From Pseudomonadota bacterium (GTDB taxonomy: Bacteria > UBA10199 > 2-02-FULL-44-16 > JAAZCA01): 37,578 bases of DNA. Of this stretch, positions 36,062-37,578 are shown piece after piece. The stretch covers positions 1 to 37,578 of the forward strand of contig JBDRBN010000061.1 of assembly GCA_043822785.1 (NCBI GenBank). The letters are read 5' to 3'. The notes beneath the pieces are model-generated. The model made no database searches, was not told where the DNA came from, and saw only the letters and a list, made by a program, of their open reading frames with translations. Made by a program: the position numbers and the translations under genes. How positions within the stretch are numbered: position 1 is the first letter of the stretch; each line of letters opens with the position of its first letter.

Positions 36062-36233
36062 CCAGGACTCCAAGAAGTAATGTACCCTTTTACCCTTTTG
36101 TTTTTTACCCTCGCTACGCACTTGAGTGCGCGGTGTCTTTATTTCACTCCTTGATTTTCTCCTGGCACCTCATTAATAGTCGCATGCATGCTTACATCCG
36201 GATAAATAGTATTCTATAGTTTGGGAGCTTGGG

Positions 36234-37064
36234 ATGGATACAAAGATTGCAATTTTTAAGGGTAAAAAGGTTAGAAGGACAATCGAACATGATGAATGGT
36301 GGTTTTCTATAATCGATGTGATTGAAGTTCTCACCGACAGCAGTAATCCACGTCGCTATTGGTCTGATCTCAAGCGAAATCTTCAGCAAAAAGAAGGGTT
36401 TAACGAGTTGTACGAAAAAATCGTACAACTGAAATTAGAATCATCGGATGGTAAATATTACGAAACGGATTGTGCAAATACAGAGACTATGTTCAGGATC
36501 ATTCAATCCATCCCTTCTCCAAAAGCAGAGCCTTTTAAGAGATGGTTAGCTAGAGTTGGCTATGAGCGTATTCAAGAAATTGAAGATCCTGAGATCGCAA
36601 CTAAACGAACCAGAGCCCTCTACAAAGCCAAAGGATACTCGGATGACTGGATTGAGAAGAGAATGCGGGGCATTGCAATACGAGAAGAGTTGACCGATGA
36701 ATGGCAACAGAGAGGTGCAAAAGAAGAGAGAGATTATGCGATTCTTACGGCTGAGATATCAAAAGCCACCTTTGGTATGACGCCTTCAGAATATAAGAAG
36801 TTCAAGGGGTTGAATAGGCAGAATCTGCGTGACCATATGAATGATTTCGAATTGATTTTTTCCATGTTGGGTGAGAGAGCCACCACTGAAATTACAAGAA
36901 ATGAGGATTCGCAGGGCATGGAAAAACTAAAGAGCGACGCTGAGGCTGGTGGTGATATTGCTGGCGATGCAAAGCGCAAGCTTGAAAAGAGGCTCGGTCG
37001 CCCTGTAGTTTCAGGCGAGAATTATCTTCGAGAGTCGGAGAAGAAAAAACTTCTAAAAAAATGA
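36234..37064 (+). CDS. Bro-N domain protein (phage antirepressor-like)
   Basis: IAIFKGKKVRR..EWWFSIIDVIEVLTDS.NPRRYWSDLK, RIIQSIPSPKAEPFKRWLA, NLRDHM. Confidence 0.88.
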   Translation: MDTKIAIFKGKKVRRTIEHDEWWFSIIDVIEVLTDSSNPRRYWSDLKRNLQQKEGFNELYEKIVQLKLESSDGKYYETDCANTETMFRIIQSIPSPKAEPFKRWLARVGYERIQEIEDPEIATKRTRALYKAKGYSDDWIEKRMRGIAIREELTDEWQQRGAKEERDYAILTAEISKATFGMTPSEYKKFKGLNRQNLRDHMNDFELIFSMLGERATTEITRNEDSQGMEKLKSDAEAGGDIAGDAKRKLEKRLGRPVVSGENYLRESEKKKLLKK

Positions 37065-37096
37065 TCCATCTTGTAGGTGAATTACCGGAGGCAAAA

Positions 37097-37408
37097 ATGG
37101 CACAACGGGGAATTCGTGAATACGATGCAAAGAGAATGCTCGCTACTGAGCTGCCAAAGTATTTGGGAGAAGGAATTGCCTATGAAGGCACGGTGGCGCT
37201 GGCGGGCCCTGATACTGATATGGATGTCCTTTCCAAGAAACAGCCGTGGCTCCTTAAACAAAAGCTCGTTGTGAAGCCCGATCAGCTCTTTGGCAAGCGC
37301 GGCAAGCACGGGCTTTTGCTCATCGACGCCGACTGGAACGCGGCCAAGAAGTGGATCGGCGGAGGGAGTTTTGTTTTGCAGGTTTATTTTTCCGGACTAA
37401 CTGATTGA
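37097..37408 (+). pseudogene. aclB: ATP-citrate lyase beta subunit (ATP-grasp), N-terminal ~88 aa only; truncated or misassembled
   Basis: RBS GGAGG + MAQRGIREYDAKRML...PWLLKQKLVVKPDQLFGKRGKHGLL..ADW..AKKWI is the ACL-beta N-terminus. Similarity stops at ~37360, followed by an unrelated tail and stop. Confidence 0.75.
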
Positions 37409-37578
37409 TTCTAATAGGTAAAAAATCTCAAAAATACCATGCCTATCCAGATAACGCACACAAAGTTACAGGTTTTGCTAAGCAACAGGCCGTAAGTGCG
37501 CGATGAAAAAGGGTTTCCGGCGTGTGCCTTCTGTTGAAGCGATAAGCGTATTCTGCAAGATATTTTCCAACATTTTTG

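Noticed and set aside
36234..37064. Prophage indicated by the Bro-N gene
   Set aside because: No integrase, structural or replication phage genes nearby; solitary Bro-N genes are common.

Overview
Bacterial chromosomal window with a housekeeping backbone. The gene content suggests a deltaproteobacteria-like lineage, but this is inference only. The backbone carries an RND-type periplasmic adaptor, alpha2-type glycyl-tRNA synthetase, ppdK, a ComF-like protein, suhB, a TatD-radical SAM fusion, recN, pmbA/tldE, a PP2C phosphatase, an M23 peptidase, secA, an M29 aminopeptidase, aconitase, icd and a truncated ATP-citrate lyase beta subunit. Embedded in it are: (i) a stand-alone non-flagellar type III secretion export gate (SctV); (ii) a cluster of FHA/TPR/PEGA membrane proteins; (iii) orphan or accessory genes (a frameshifted beta-barrel-like gene, a sucrose-phosphate-synthase-like GT4 with a large insertion, a RelE-type TA pair, a broken HEPN plus two MNT genes, a Bro-N gene); and (iv) an FGE-sulfatase/C-type-lectin-fold gene whose 3' end has the codon signature of a diversity-generating-retroelement (DGR) variable region. 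No RT or template repeat is visible in the window, and a small palindromic element is inserted exactly where the IMH would lie. Many gene junctions carry one of several small repeat families (RPE-like cloverleaf palindromes, degenerate 9-mer and 7-mer tandem arrays), sometimes nested in each other. The best candidate for an undescribed system is a dispersed T3SS whose possible substrates include a remotely DGR-diversified lectin-fold protein; that link is a hypothesis. No tRNA, rRNA, CRISPR array, integrase or transposase was recognised.
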